This document shows, piece after piece, positions 50,193 through 60,552 of a stretch of 64,000 bases of DNA (position 1 is its first letter; each line of letters opens with the position of its first letter). A model generated the notes under the pieces. That model was given only the letters and a program-made list of their open reading frames with translations. It was not told the origin of the DNA and made no database searches. The position numbers and the translations under genes were made by a program. Source of the DNA: an uncultured delta proteobacterium (GTDB lineage: Bacteria; Desulfobacterota; Desulfobacteria; Desulfobacterales; SG8-13). The DNA is taken from the NCBI GenBank assembly GCA_963848135.1, contig CAWKCK010000005.1, positions 434,001-498,000 on the forward strand. The letters run 5' to 3'.

Positions 50193-51002
50193 CTAAGCGA
50201 ATAAACTTAGCATTGAGCCGGCAGGAAAGAATATATTCGGAACCAGACTGCCATCAGAAATATAAACTTCAGGATCTCTGATTCGGTTTGTATTATCCGT
50301 AATTACTGTAAATTGGTTTGTAATAAAAAAATAGTCATCAACATATTTTTCGTCATCTTTGAGTGGTAATCTTTTTTCCATTGATCTAAGATCGACATAG
50401 TAAGAAAAGTCCACCGCGATCCACTCATCGTCGGATTCTCGACGGTAGGAAACCCATGCATGTCCACCATATGCGGCACCCTCTCCTGCATAGACAACCC
50501 CCCCGTACAATCTTAGCCTCGCAGGATCGACCCCGGCGTTCAATGCAAGGCTCATAATCAGAAATGCGCCATCCTCGCAGTCGCCTTTCATGGTGTTTAA
50601 TACCATAACGGGTGGGACCCAGAGCTCCGCGTAACCATATTGTTCAAAATCTGTCATGTACTCGACGTTAAAGACAACCCATCTTTGAATCTTCTCCATT
50701 TTGACATCATCAGAATCCATCGGATCCACGATCTGCATCGCCAAGTCTCTGATAATATCGTTAGGATATTGAAGCCATATATTGGCCGAACTTGGGTCCC
50801 GAATAATTTTATCTTTGGGACTATATGCATTCAGGTTCAGGTTGTTAATCGTTGTAAAGACAAGTGTTACCGGATCCGTTTTGGCGGCAGCCCTTCCATT
50901 GATATCGTCGAAAACGGTCGTCTCACTCGGTCGAAGCATATCGACAAGGAGTTGGGGGTTACACTGACCACAAGCATCTAAACCTAAAGGCGGTACCCTC
51001 AA
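50193..51002 (-). CDS. Transglutaminase-like cysteine-protease-fold protein
   Basis: GDCED, GHAWV, W...D triad motifs; GGAGG RBS before TTG start. Confidence 0.8.
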   Translation of the reverse strand: MRVPPLGLDACGQCNPQLLVDMLRPSETTVFDDINGRAAAKTDPVTLVFTTINNLNLNAYSPKDKIIRDPSSANIWLQYPNDIIRDLAMQIVDPMDSDDVKMEKIQRWVVFNVEYMTDFEQYGYAELWVPPVMVLNTMKGDCEDGAFLIMSLALNAGVDPARLRLYGGVVYAGEGAAYGGHAWVSYRRESDDEWIAVDFSYYVDLRSMEKRLPLKDDEKYVDDYFFITNQFTVITDNTNRIRDPEVYISDGSLVPNIFFPAGSMLSLFA

Positions 51003-51211
51003 TTACACCTCCGTTTTGGGTAGCGAAGACAGCTGCATAGTTTACAATTTGGCCAAGTTTATTATTTGCCGGGTGGAAAATTGGATTTTGTGTAAGTTGC
51101 TTCTTACGACTTTGACGGCAATCCCCACTTGCCGATAAACACTACTGGCTGATATTGACCGATTTAGCTTATTAGATTGCTTTCTTAAGTTTTCTACTCT
51201 CGCTTCGAATT

Positions 51212-51227
51212 AGCAAAACGAATACCA
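51212..51227 (-). promoter_or_regulatory. Sigma54 -24/-12 promoter
   Basis: Minus strand TGGTAT-TCGTT-TTGCT, about 210 bp upstream of the transglutaminase-like gene. Confidence 0.5.
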
Positions 51228-51664
51228 AAAACTGACCCCTTATAAAAATACTGCTGGGTTTGCATTAACATCTCGTTTTTATTATTTAATATACATTTCA
51301 ATTTCTCTGTTTAACCACAAAAAACTACTTTGTACTACCTTTCTATGTGTACTTTAATACTTACTGATGATGACCCCATTACATATTCAGGATCTGTTTT
51401 AGCGCGTCAATTGTGCCAGAGGAGTGATCCCTGTGGAATGCCCTATCCAGGAGGGAGGAGTATTTACTGAAATGTGGATAATTGAACAGCTGGAGAGTTT
51501 TCGTTTCTCTTGAAGAGGAAGGGGATAAACTTTTAGTAGAGAAACACTCCGACCGGTGAAATAGCTGACCCTTCGGAGAGTCCTTCTATATCTTTCAGGG
51601 AGATTACCATTCTCTCAGTGCCCGGTTTTTCATAGAACCTAAAATTAGGTAGAAGATTCTCATA

Positions 51665-52267
51665 TCAATCCCCCACAAAGTAGCCGTATTCCTTGGCGTT
51701 GACATTGTTGCGCTTTTCCCAACCGATGGTTGAAGAAGGCGTGGGACCGTAGTTATGGCCCGGCCAGACGATAGTGTCATCCGGCAGCTTCATCAGGTGG
51801 CGAATCGATTGGCCCAATGTTGGGCGATGCCCGCCGTGGAGATCGGTACGGCCGCTATCACCGACAAACAGGGTATCGCCTGTAAACAGGTTCCCCTGCT
51901 CATGAAGACAGATACCGCCGGGAGTGTGGCCGGGAGTATGAATAACATCGAAAGTTAAATCGCCCAACTGAAGCGTTTTTTCCTCGTTTAAGTGAACATC
52001 TGCCTCGGGGGTGTTGTCGGCATCGAGAGCATGAATAACAATTCTTGCCCCAGTTAAAGCCTTCAATCTTTTATTCCCGGCAGTGTGATCACCATGGCCG
52101 TGGGTGTTAACGATGGTGACGATTTCAAGGCCTTCATTTTCGGCTGCGGCCACGATCTGTTCAGCATCATCGCCAGGATCGATCACAAGTGCTTTGCGGG
52201 TGTTTTCGCAACCGACGAGGTAACAGAAATTTTCCATGTATCCAATTTCAAGCTGTTTGATGATCAT
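51665..52267 (-). CDS. MBL-fold metallo-hydrolase (glyoxalase II-like)
   Basis: THGHGDH, HTPGHTPG, FTGDTLF, PGH. Confidence 0.93.
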   Translation of the reverse strand: MIIKQLEIGYMENFCYLVGCENTRKALVIDPGDDAEQIVAAAENEGLEIVTIVNTHGHGDHTAGNKRLKALTGARIVIHALDADNTPEADVHLNEEKTLQLGDLTFDVIHTPGHTPGGICLHEQGNLFTGDTLFVGDSGRTDLHGGHRPTLGQSIRHLMKLPDDTIVWPGHNYGPTPSSTIGWEKRNNVNAKEYGYFVGD

Positions 52268-52309
52268 GATCTTATACCTTATCCTTGGAGACTATAAATT
52301 AACGACAAT

Positions 52310-52696
52310 CTATAGATCGTTCCCTGGTAACCTCCCACTGCGCTTCAAACGACGTTTGACACGGCGGTGGTAAAATTTCGCAAGGATCGGACGAATCCGA
52401 GGGCGGCCTATCAACCAGGCAGCCGGCCTTAAAAGCGGCACTTTGCTCATCAAAACGATGTAGGCATCGATCTCCGACAGCACCGCCCGGTCCTCGGTCA
52501 TGATGTGAAGTTCGGTCAGAGCCTTAATGGGATCGATACCCATATTAAGGAGTACGTCATCTTGTCCTGTAATATCAAACCAGTTGACATCCCTGCCAGC
52601 CTCACCGGATAGTTTTTCATAACTATACCGGTCCCGAACACATGCAGGGCAGGCACCGTCGTAATAGACGGTAATTTTCAGATTTTCGTGCCTCAT
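52310..52696 (-). CDS. DCC/DUF393 thiol-disulfide oxidoreductase family protein
   Basis: YYDGACPAC (DxxCxxC) at N-terminus. Confidence 0.85.
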   Translation of the reverse strand: MRHENLKITVYYDGACPACVRDRYSYEKLSGEAGRDVNWFDITGQDDVLLNMGIDPIKALTELHIMTEDRAVLSEIDAYIVLMSKVPLLRPAAWLIGRPRIRPILAKFYHRRVKRRLKRSGRLPGNDL

Positions 52697-52898
52697 TTTT
52701 AATTCCGTGACAGAGGATATTTTATCCTTATCATTCCGGAAAATTACGTGTTGACTTTGGCCGCGTAAATGCCATTTATAATACGAAGCTAATCAGAAAT
52801 AACCCACCCTGCAAGGGTACCTTCTGGCACAAACAAATTTTATGAGTATATTACGGGTTAAATTGATAGCCTCAAATTCAAAACCAATGGCGGTTAAA

Positions 52899-53414
52899 AT
52901 GAATCACCAGCAAATCATCGTTCAATTGGGGGTCAACGGTGATACGTTCAAGCATCTATTTAAAAACCTGGTGGATGAACAGGCCCGTTGGAATCCCGGT
53001 GCGGGCAGGTGGTCCCTGCTGGAGGTCATCAATCATCTCTATGACGAAGAGAGGGAAGATTTCCGGAAACGATTAACACTGGTCCTCCGTAATCCCGACG
53101 AGCCATGGCCGGCCATCGATCCCGAGGGATGGGTGAATCTACGCGGCTACAACCAGAGGGGATTCAATGACTCTCTGAACAATTTCTTGAAAGAGCGTGA
53201 CATCTCATTGAGATGGCTGCACACGCTTGATTCTCCCGACTGGCGGTCAACCCATCTTCACCCCAAAATGGGCCCCATGTCTGCCGAGTTGCTGCTGGCC
53301 AACTGGTTGGCCCACGACCTGTTCCACATCCGGCAGGTTAATGATCTGCATTTCGCCTTTTTGAGTAGAATGGCATCGCCGGTATCTCTATCTTACTCGG
53401 GGTGGGAATCTTAG
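52899..53414 (+). CDS. DinB family protein
   Basis: WSLLEVINHL, HDLFHIRQ; start uncertain. Confidence 0.85.
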   Translation: MNHQQIIVQLGVNGDTFKHLFKNLVDEQARWNPGAGRWSLLEVINHLYDEEREDFRKRLTLVLRNPDEPWPAIDPEGWVNLRGYNQRGFNDSLNNFLKERDISLRWLHTLDSPDWRSTHLHPKMGPMSAELLLANWLAHDLFHIRQVNDLHFAFLSRMASPVSLSYSGWES

Positions 53415-53546
53415 TCGGCTATTGAAAAACGTCACGAGCGCCGGATAGACAAGGCAAAATTCGACGAAAAACGGAGTCCATGTGTGCATTTTGAGGAGGA
53501 TTTTAGCACCGTGTTGTCAAGCGAAATCGTTTTTCAACAGCTGTTA
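53412..53546. repeat. MITE-like element with terminal inverted repeats
   Basis: GCTATTGAAAAACG ... CGTTTTTCAACAGC with TA-containing flanks; overlaps the DinB stop codon; single copy here. Confidence 0.55.
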
Positions 53547-53624
53547 GAAATCGATACGAATTTTTTGAGTGAAGTTTATACAAATAAAATCGAATAGTTA
53601 ATCTAACCGTATTCAATTGATCAT

Positions 53625-54980
53625 TTGATAAGGAGTCTTTCAGTGCTTCCGCAGGATTATTATAATAAAGTTTTCGATCGCCTGAATAACTGTTTCGAAA
53701 ATTACGACTATTTCATAGCAACCGGCGTTGAACTGGCAGACGAAGGCTGCGATCCGGCTTTTCCCGCCTTGGCGGCACCACTTGACCAGTTGGCACATTA
53801 TACCATCGAGCGCGCGCTGCAGGTCCATCTTCCCGTCATTGGTGCAAGGTCGCGGTCGGTTCTGATGCCGATTGACTTCGAGATTTTCCTCGGCGACGAC
53901 AACCACCGGTTGTATCTGGAAAAGGAGACCCAGAAAAAATATTTCGACCAGATCAGGCCGGTCGCCGATTTCATCGAACAGATCTTTCGCTCGCGGGGTC
54001 TGCCCTATCTGCTAGATTACACTCCCTCTGGCGGTCACTTCCTTTTCCAGAATCAACTCGGCGAACCGGCAACGCAGGCGCTCGTGGGTATAGGATATCT
54101 GGAAGAAGACCTCATCAAGGCTTGCAACTACATCGACCCACACGACCCTCGGCGAAAATTCGGGGTTACCCTCGATGCGGCGCGTGCTTTCAGTGGCCTG
54201 GGTAAACTCACCGAGTACATTGCCCTGTTAACCATGGACGCCTTCCAAGACAACGAGGCAAAAGGCCTGTATCCTGTCACCATTTCAGACAGCGTCGAAC
54301 GCTGCATCAATTTGGACAATACCTGGAACGAAGGGTCACCGTTTATGCGCTCCATACGCAGTCCTTTCAGTTTACACAAGAAAAACCAGGAAAAATATGG
54401 AAACGATCATCAACCGCCACTTGTGGACGTTATCGGGGCGATTTATGATGGACGGGATATCGAGCAAGAAAAAGACATGGACGTCATCATAGACTGTATG
54501 TGGGACTTAAAACAGGCAGCAAAGCATGCCCAAAGCACGACCGGCATTATTCCCAATTCTAATGAAACCCTGATCGATTTTATCATAGAGTATCAAAAAT
54601 CGGATCTATACGCATTTCATCAGGAATTCGATGGGGAACCCGATTTACCGCGGGGAAAAGCTTTGTTGGACGCCAAATATGAGCCAAACATCCCCGATTG
54701 GGCCCGAAACATTCTTTACAGCCCTAACCCCTTGGCGCTGCAACCGAAGAATCTTATCGGTTTTGTCTATGACTTCTGCATCCATGCGAACTGGAAACCG
54801 AAGCATATTGCCAATGTGCTGCGGGACCTTTATCAAGACCCCGCCCATGGCTGGACACAGGATTTCTTCAAATACCCTGCAGAAGAAAAAGCGAATTATT
54901 GGGCCAGGGTTTACAGTGCAGTGGCCCTGTGGAGAACCGGCAGTTTGAGTATGTCGGCACCGCCTGTCTCTCGTCGATAA
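53625..54980 (+). CDS. Hypothetical protein with archaeo-eukaryotic primase (AEP)-like motifs
   Basis: PIDFE, TPSGGH, INLD...RSIRSPFSLHKK in AEP motif order; start uncertain. Confidence 0.55.
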   Translation: MIRSLSVLPQDYYNKVFDRLNNCFENYDYFIATGVELADEGCDPAFPALAAPLDQLAHYTIERALQVHLPVIGARSRSVLMPIDFEIFLGDDNHRLYLEKETQKKYFDQIRPVADFIEQIFRSRGLPYLLDYTPSGGHFLFQNQLGEPATQALVGIGYLEEDLIKACNYIDPHDPRRKFGVTLDAARAFSGLGKLTEYIALLTMDAFQDNEAKGLYPVTISDSVERCINLDNTWNEGSPFMRSIRSPFSLHKKNQEKYGNDHQPPLVDVIGAIYDGRDIEQEKDMDVIIDCMWDLKQAAKHAQSTTGIIPNSNETLIDFIIEYQKSDLYAFHQEFDGEPDLPRGKALLDAKYEPNIPDWARNILYSPNPLALQPKNLIGFVYDFCIHANWKPKHIANVLRDLYQDPAHGWTQDFFKYPAEEKANYWARVYSAVALWRTGSLSMSAPPVSRR

Positions 54981-55117
54981 CGCCGGCAACGGCAGCGGCT
55001 TCAAATTCAGTTGGAGTTTACCTGTCCTTATGTAGGAAAGACACGATATCTTGGTAACGGCTGCGCCGGACGCGGTCGATCCAAACGGCTCGAACGCAAA
55101 TTTCAGAGGAGAAAAAA

Positions 55118-55456
55118 ATGCAAAAAACGTGGTCCTATAAAGTTTATGAAATCGCGGAAGGGCTGAAGCCGGGAAGTTCCCAGTTTCGCTATTTCTTTAC
55201 TGTTTCCGCAAATGGTGAGAAGAAGTGCCATTATTGCGTCTGGATTTTAGATGATGCGCTCTCCGGTTTCGATCCGAGCAAGGACTTTAACGCGATTATC
55301 TCTTCTCAATTAGAAATCTGGCACAAGTGGGTCAAGGAAAAAATCGATGCCAAAGATTTCAGCAATCGCGCGCTGAAATTCGACCAAACGGGAAAGCACG
55401 AAATCAACCTATCGGAAATGACAGCGCATATCAAAATGAATGAACATACAAGATGA
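55118..55456 (+). CDS. Hypothetical protein
   Basis: GAGGAG RBS; 112-aa ORF. Confidence 0.7.
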   Translation: MQKTWSYKVYEIAEGLKPGSSQFRYFFTVSANGEKKCHYCVWILDDALSGFDPSKDFNAIISSQLEIWHKWVKEKIDAKDFSNRALKFDQTGKHEINLSEMTAHIKMNEHTR

Positions 55457-55498
55457 ACATTTAAATGGACGAACTTCGTCGCAGGCAGGTATTAGATT

Positions 55499-55786
55499 AT
55501 GTGGTCAAAATTAGGAATCGGGGCTCTTTTGGTCAGTATCCTTCTGTTGGGCTACCACGTATTGGTTGCCATTATGCGAATGGGGCATACTGATCGGTTC
55601 TTATTCGCCCCGACGAGTCTCATCAAAATTCTGGGTACTGAGACATTTCTTTGGATCAACGACATACCCATCGGCTGGGTTCAACAGTTTGCCCTTACAA
55701 CAGTGAACATGCCTCTCTCTTTTCTGATATTCCTTATCGGCATTTTGTTCTTTTTCATCCACATGTTCGCTTCTAATGCTTCCTGA
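55499..55786 (+). CDS. Small membrane protein
   Basis: Two hydrophobic helices; co-oriented with the previous gene. Confidence 0.65.
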   Translation: MWSKLGIGALLVSILLLGYHVLVAIMRMGHTDRFLFAPTSLIKILGTETFLWINDIPIGWVQQFALTTVNMPLSFLIFLIGILFFFIHMFASNAS

Positions 55787-55858
55787 TCATCGCAGGAATA
55801 ATCCGCTTAGCCAGGCTATTGAATGTGGTTTTAAAACCTCATCTCACACCCAATCGGG

Positions 55859-56488
55859 CTAACGGTTGCTGCCACTGCTCCCGGGGACGGCGTTAATCAG
55901 AAGCCCGGTGAGAAAAGTACCTCCGATGGCAAGGCATTCCATGTCAAGGTATTTTTCGGCGGACTGCCGAAACAGCATCGAAGACTGGGCGGGAAACTCA
56001 TCGTCCCGGTCATTGAAGCGGAAATATACGGCAATGCGCGGCAGAAAATCAAAGGTGGCGGCCAGGTCGAATGAGGACACGTCGACAAAACGCCCCCCTG
56101 CACTTTGACAGGCAGTCTCGAGCACGGAAATTTTACCTGCAAAGGTGGTTTCGATAATTTTGTTCGTATTCGTCGTAAAATAACCGGTCAACGGTGCTGC
56201 ATCCTTAAACTCCCGGTAGGTCACCCATTCGCCAGACGCAGGCATCGTTTCCGGGCACTGCAACACGTAGCGGCAGACGACAACACTCACCGCGAAATTG
56301 GCTCTTTCCCCGGATGCATTGAAAACCCCCTTTTCAGAGACGCGAAGGGGAGTCCCGTAAAATGGAATGATCAACGCCCCGCCATCGGCCGTTGCCCCCA
56401 GGGCATCTGCCCGGGACAACAGGTCGGTGCCGCCGACTTGTGTCAGGTAATCCTCAAGGGTAGTATCGAATACCTTGGCTTTTTTCAT
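55859..56488 (-). CDS. DUF3786 domain protein
   Basis: IPFYG, WVTYREFKD, FLPRI, DDEFPA..MLF, YLDMECL pattern. Confidence 0.8.
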   Translation of the reverse strand: MKKAKVFDTTLEDYLTQVGGTDLLSRADALGATADGGALIIPFYGTPLRVSEKGVFNASGERANFAVSVVVCRYVLQCPETMPASGEWVTYREFKDAAPLTGYFTTNTNKIIETTFAGKISVLETACQSAGGRFVDVSSFDLAATFDFLPRIAVYFRFNDRDDEFPAQSSMLFRQSAEKYLDMECLAIGGTFLTGLLINAVPGSSGSNR

Positions 56489-56559
56489 GAATCCTCTTTC
56501 AGGGCTGTTGGCCCGAACCCGCGATAGCAAGATCTCTCGAATAATGCCGAGTCTGGATC

Positions 56560-56733
56560 CTATTTTTTCAGCTGTTCGATCTGCTTCAGGATGTCATCGT
56601 ACTCATCTTCGAGCGCCAGCAGGTCCATCATCACCGGTGGTTTGACCGAGTGGGCCGGAAGCCTCTTTTTGGTTTCGGCAATCTCCTTGGCAAGTTCGCC
56701 GAGCCTTTGCCTGAGCAGTTCCATTGTTTTCAT
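56560..56733 (-). CDS. Small coiled-coil protein (57 aa, below ORF-track cutoff)
   Basis: MKTMELLRQRLGELAKEIAETKKRLPAHSVKPPVMMDLLALEDEYDDILKQIEQLKK*; fills the gap between co-oriented genes. Confidence 0.7.
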   Translation of the reverse strand: MKTMELLRQRLGELAKEIAETKKRLPAHSVKPPVMMDLLALEDEYDDILKQIEQLKK

Positions 56734-56754
56734 CGTCTCTGATCCCCATCCGAT

Positions 56755-56997
56755 TCAGTATCCAATGCCGGCGGGCATGACATTCTCTGAATTGTCCGAA
56801 TGACATGGTGTCACCGAATAAACCATGTCGCAGTCCGGACATTGCGCCAGCATGGTCCGCATGGCAAATGTTTTGTCGCAGTTGACGCAGACAATCTCAA
56901 GCGGATTCGCCACAGGCATATTTTCGAATCCTATCATTCTGACCTTGTCTGCAACCTGTTGCCCGTTTAAAAAATTTCCTGAACAACCTGCATGCAT
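56755..56997 (-). CDS. Small Cys-rich putative metal-binding protein
   Basis: MHAGC N-terminus, CVNC, CPDC, TPCH; AAGGT RBS. Confidence 0.75.
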   Translation of the reverse strand: MHAGCSGNFLNGQQVADKVRMIGFENMPVANPLEIVCVNCDKTFAMRTMLAQCPDCDMVYSVTPCHSDNSENVMPAGIGY

Positions 56998-57274
56998 GAT
57001 AATACACCTTTCCATTTGGGTGAACAGCCAATACCGTATCACGCTGAAAAACCGAGAGTGTACTCGACAATTTCTCCGCCTGATTGCTTTATTCTAATTA
57101 ATAACCCATCGGCACACGGCCGTCCTTGGCTTAAGTTAAATTTTGATCTCTCATCCTCATGAATATTTTCAGTTGCCGCAGATCGTTTGCATGTTTATTA
57201 TTCGATTATGTATTTTCCAATCACGCCAGTCTATTAGCTGAAATTCAAAATACGAAGCAGAGGAGAAACATCCT

Positions 57275-58012
57275 ATGAAATCCATATTCACTTTATTATT
57301 TATATTTATGGGAGCGTCTTCAGCCCTATCCGCGGGAATGAACGTGACCTACGAAGTCAACGGCGCTGCTTATAAAGGGTATTATACCAGTCCGTCGGCC
57401 AATGCCCCCCTGGTGCTATTGGTCCATGATTGGGATGGCCTGACAGAATATGAAGTCAAACGGGCCGACATGCTGGCCACAATGGGGTATGCGGTGTTTG
57501 CAGCCGACCTTTTCGGGGCCGGTGTCCGGCCGACCAAGATGGAAGACAAACGGCAGCATACCGGTGAACTCTACAAGGATCGTGAAAAAATGCGCGCCCT
57601 GCTGAATGCGGCATTGAAAACGGCCCAGTCCAAGGGCGCCAATGTCGACAACGCCGTGGTCATGGGTTACTGTTTCGGCGGTGCCGCTGTCCTGGAATTA
57701 GCCCGATCGGGGGCCGACATGAAGGGCTTTGTCACTTTCCATGGCGGATTAAGGACTCCGGAAGGGCAGGACTATTCCAAGACCAAAGGCAAACTGCTGA
57801 TTATGCATGGCTCGGCAGATACGGCCATTTCCATGGAAGATTTTGCCAAACTTGCCGTCGAATTGGAAACCAATGGCGTTTCCCACGAAATGATTACTTA
57901 CGGCGGCGCCCCCCATGCCTTCACCGTTTATAACGACGAGCGTTACAGAAAAAATGCGGACATGAAATCCTGGCAGCGTTTTACGGAATTTCTGAACGAC
58001 ACGCTAAAGTGA
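57275..58012 (+). CDS. Dienelactone hydrolase family protein
   Basis: Signal peptide; HDWDG, GYCFGG, HGSAD, HAF. Confidence 0.93.
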   Translation: MKSIFTLLFIFMGASSALSAGMNVTYEVNGAAYKGYYTSPSANAPLVLLVHDWDGLTEYEVKRADMLATMGYAVFAADLFGAGVRPTKMEDKRQHTGELYKDREKMRALLNAALKTAQSKGANVDNAVVMGYCFGGAAVLELARSGADMKGFVTFHGGLRTPEGQDYSKTKGKLLIMHGSADTAISMEDFAKLAVELETNGVSHEMITYGGAPHAFTVYNDERYRKNADMKSWQRFTEFLNDTLK

Positions 58013-58226
58013 TGATCCAGAAATATTGATGATGAGCCATCTTCCGGAGCCTTTTGAAAAAATAAACGGAACGCCGTCAGCTGAAAGGTCTGTTTAAATT
58101 CCACCACTCTGTTTATTTAAAAATATTTGCAGTCTTCGTTTGGCTATAACTTTTAGGCATCAACATCTTTATTAAAATACCAGTTAAATCTATGCCGTTA
58201 GAGTTTGTAAAGGCGGCTTTTCAGAT

Positions 58227-60155
58227 TCAATTAGGTGTCAATTCAGTACCCCGGAAAAATTTTGGTACTCCAGGCATGACGGAAAAATTCTTTACCATGG
58301 ATTTATAGCCTTCGGCTTTAATCGTAAGTTTGTAATTCCCGGCAGGCAATCCAAAGAAACCAAAACATTCATTGTAGCAGAAATCGGCACGCGAGATTAA
58401 ATAATCATTATCGTTGACATATTCACCCCTAATGGGCTGAAGTATCCGATCGATACCGTTGCCTTTTAATGTTATCGATTCAAAATTAATCTTTCTATCG
58501 TCCGATCGATATTTATAATCCGGCATCCCAACAAATTTGTCTTCCGGTTTCTGTGGAGTTGTGACACATCCACGAATCACCCCGTCTGGTGTGAAGACGA
58601 AATCCAGATCACTTGTTTCGTTGCTCTCAATAGAGACAGGGACATATTTTTTGCTTGGTTTGCCGGCCGTTACCGTTGTTACTATGCTGGCATTGTATTC
58701 CCCGGTAGGAAAAGGTCCTATGGCTCTGCCATTGTCATTGTCACTTAAGAAGGTTACGGTTTCCGACCCTTTTGTCCCGGTGGGGGTGAGAACGAGCATG
58801 GGCCTGGGTATCACGCCGTCTAAATCATAGTTATATGCAAAGTGAATCTTAAGGTAACCCCCGGAGCGATGAAGAGACCCGCCTTGTTTGTCATCAAAAT
58901 CATTGAGAATTGTATTATACTGTGCCAACACTTCCTTGCTGAAAAGTATGCTTGCATGGTCCTCATTAAATGCATAATTCATTTTAGCCTCGGATTGAGG
59001 CCTGTAGTCCAGGAGACTGGATAGGGCAATTGTTCCATCATTGTTCGATCTAAAAGGGCTCCTACTTCCCCTGTGGCCGGAAAACATATAAAAGCTGATG
59101 TGGTCCGGCATTTTTATTCTGTATAAAGATGCGATAAATTCACCTTCTGGTTGCATATCTATCCAACTCGGAATTACCGCCGGAGATTGCTGAACTCCGT
59201 ATTCTGCCATTCTATCTCCACCCCAAGGTGTTGCCAGTGAAATAAAAAGTTTTACATAGGGGAATTGCAGGCCGTAATTGACAATAAAAGACCTGGCGAC
59301 CAGCCCGCCCATGCTGTGCGCTGTAATATAAATTGTGTTGAATTGATATTTGGCTTGGAGGTTAATTAATTTCCATAACAACAAGTATGACATACTGCTA
59401 AGACGACTTCCACTCGGATAATAAAAAAACCATGGCTGAAAACGTGTTCTATCGATATTATCAACAAAATACCGCCAGCCGCTAGGAGTGCCGGCGGCGC
59501 CGTGGATATAAAGAATAGGTGTTTTTTCAGGATCATATTCCTCGAGGAAAAAGATGTTTCCACCCATCTCCTTGAAAAATGAACCTGGCTCCCAAAAGCC
59601 TTTTGTACCATATTCTTCAGCAAAGCGCTCATCATCTAAATCCGTTATGGCTCCGGCCTGCCGACTGAGGAGTTTTTGAGGTTTAACCGATGCGATTATT
59701 GACCCGTGGGATATCTCTATATTTGTTCCCTCTTCTGGAATAACAATATCAATATCAAAAACAACACCAACCGCCGGAGCGCGGACCACTTTTGGATCGC
59801 CATACTGCCCGGCCGGTTCACCTGCCTCATAAACCAAGTTGCTGTTTTTGTCCCAATACGCAAAGACGTAATATTCTCCTTGATCAACCATGAGTTCATA
59901 CTCACCGGAACTGTGTAAAACCGTATAATGAGCGACTTCTTTTCCTTTATCCAGTGAGCAAGCTGCGACAATTATCGGCCCATTTTCCAAGAACTTTGCA
60001 TCAATACGTCCGACGATAACTGTGGATTCCTGACTTCTATTTATGTCTTTTTTTAATTTTATCAGAGTGCAACCTATCGTAACAAAACATATTATAAAAA
60101 GAGTAATGCTCACCAATTGTGAAACCGATGGCACGTCTGCCTTAAAGTTATCCAT
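58227..60155 (-). CDS. Alpha/beta hydrolase-domain putative lipoprotein with flanking beta-sandwich domains
   Basis: TIGC lipobox-like; IHGAAG, AHSMGG, NDG, DH; start uncertain. Confidence 0.8.
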   Translation of the reverse strand: MDNFKADVPSVSQLVSITLFIICFVTIGCTLIKLKKDINRSQESTVIVGRIDAKFLENGPIIVAACSLDKGKEVAHYTVLHSSGEYELMVDQGEYYVFAYWDKNSNLVYEAGEPAGQYGDPKVVRAPAVGVVFDIDIVIPEEGTNIEISHGSIIASVKPQKLLSRQAGAITDLDDERFAEEYGTKGFWEPGSFFKEMGGNIFFLEEYDPEKTPILYIHGAAGTPSGWRYFVDNIDRTRFQPWFFYYPSGSRLSSMSYLLLWKLINLQAKYQFNTIYITAHSMGGLVARSFIVNYGLQFPYVKLFISLATPWGGDRMAEYGVQQSPAVIPSWIDMQPEGEFIASLYRIKMPDHISFYMFSGHRGSRSPFRSNNDGTIALSSLLDYRPQSEAKMNYAFNEDHASILFSKEVLAQYNTILNDFDDKQGGSLHRSGGYLKIHFAYNYDLDGVIPRPMLVLTPTGTKGSETVTFLSDNDNGRAIGPFPTGEYNASIVTTVTAGKPSKKYVPVSIESNETSDLDFVFTPDGVIRGCVTTPQKPEDKFVGMPDYKYRSDDRKINFESITLKGNGIDRILQPIRGEYVNDNDYLISRADFCYNECFGFFGLPAGNYKLTIKAEGYKSMVKNFSVMPGVPKFFRGTELTPN

Positions 60156-60357
60156 AGTGAATTTTAATGCTTTCAAATTGTAAGTCTCCAATTGGCCTCG
60201 CAACAGGGGTTTCTCCCCCCCAACTATGCGAATTTTAGTACAAGCTACAGAGTGAGGTCTGATTTGGTGATATATTGAGACTATCTGGAATTTCTCTGAT
60301 TTGTCAAAACTTGTGTTAGAATACTCATGTCACTAAGCAAAACCACAGGATTCACCA

Positions 60358-60407
60358 TTTAACTTGATAATTCCCTGTAGCTCACTACGGGGAATTATCA
60401 AGTTAAA
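60358..60407. repeat. 50-bp near-perfect palindrome (terminator or REP/MITE remnant)
   Basis: TTTAACTTGATAATTCCCTGTAG-CTCA-CTACGGGGAATTATCAAGTTAAA, 23-bp stem with one mismatch. Confidence 0.8.
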
Positions 60408-60552
60408 ATATCAAACTGAACTATTTAATCTTCATTCATAAAAGCAACTGGAGGCGGAGTTTCATGTCGGTCGAACCCCGCGTCCCAGTTGGAGAAATGA
60501 TTGATATTCCATTCGTGTAATTGGGCAGAATCGAGCCTTGCACTCATAGACC

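Noticed and set aside
51490..51620. Glycine riboswitch (GGAGAG, CTTTCAGG, CTCTCAG words)
   Set aside because: The CCGAAG/P3 element is missing between the motifs and no gene starts downstream on that strand
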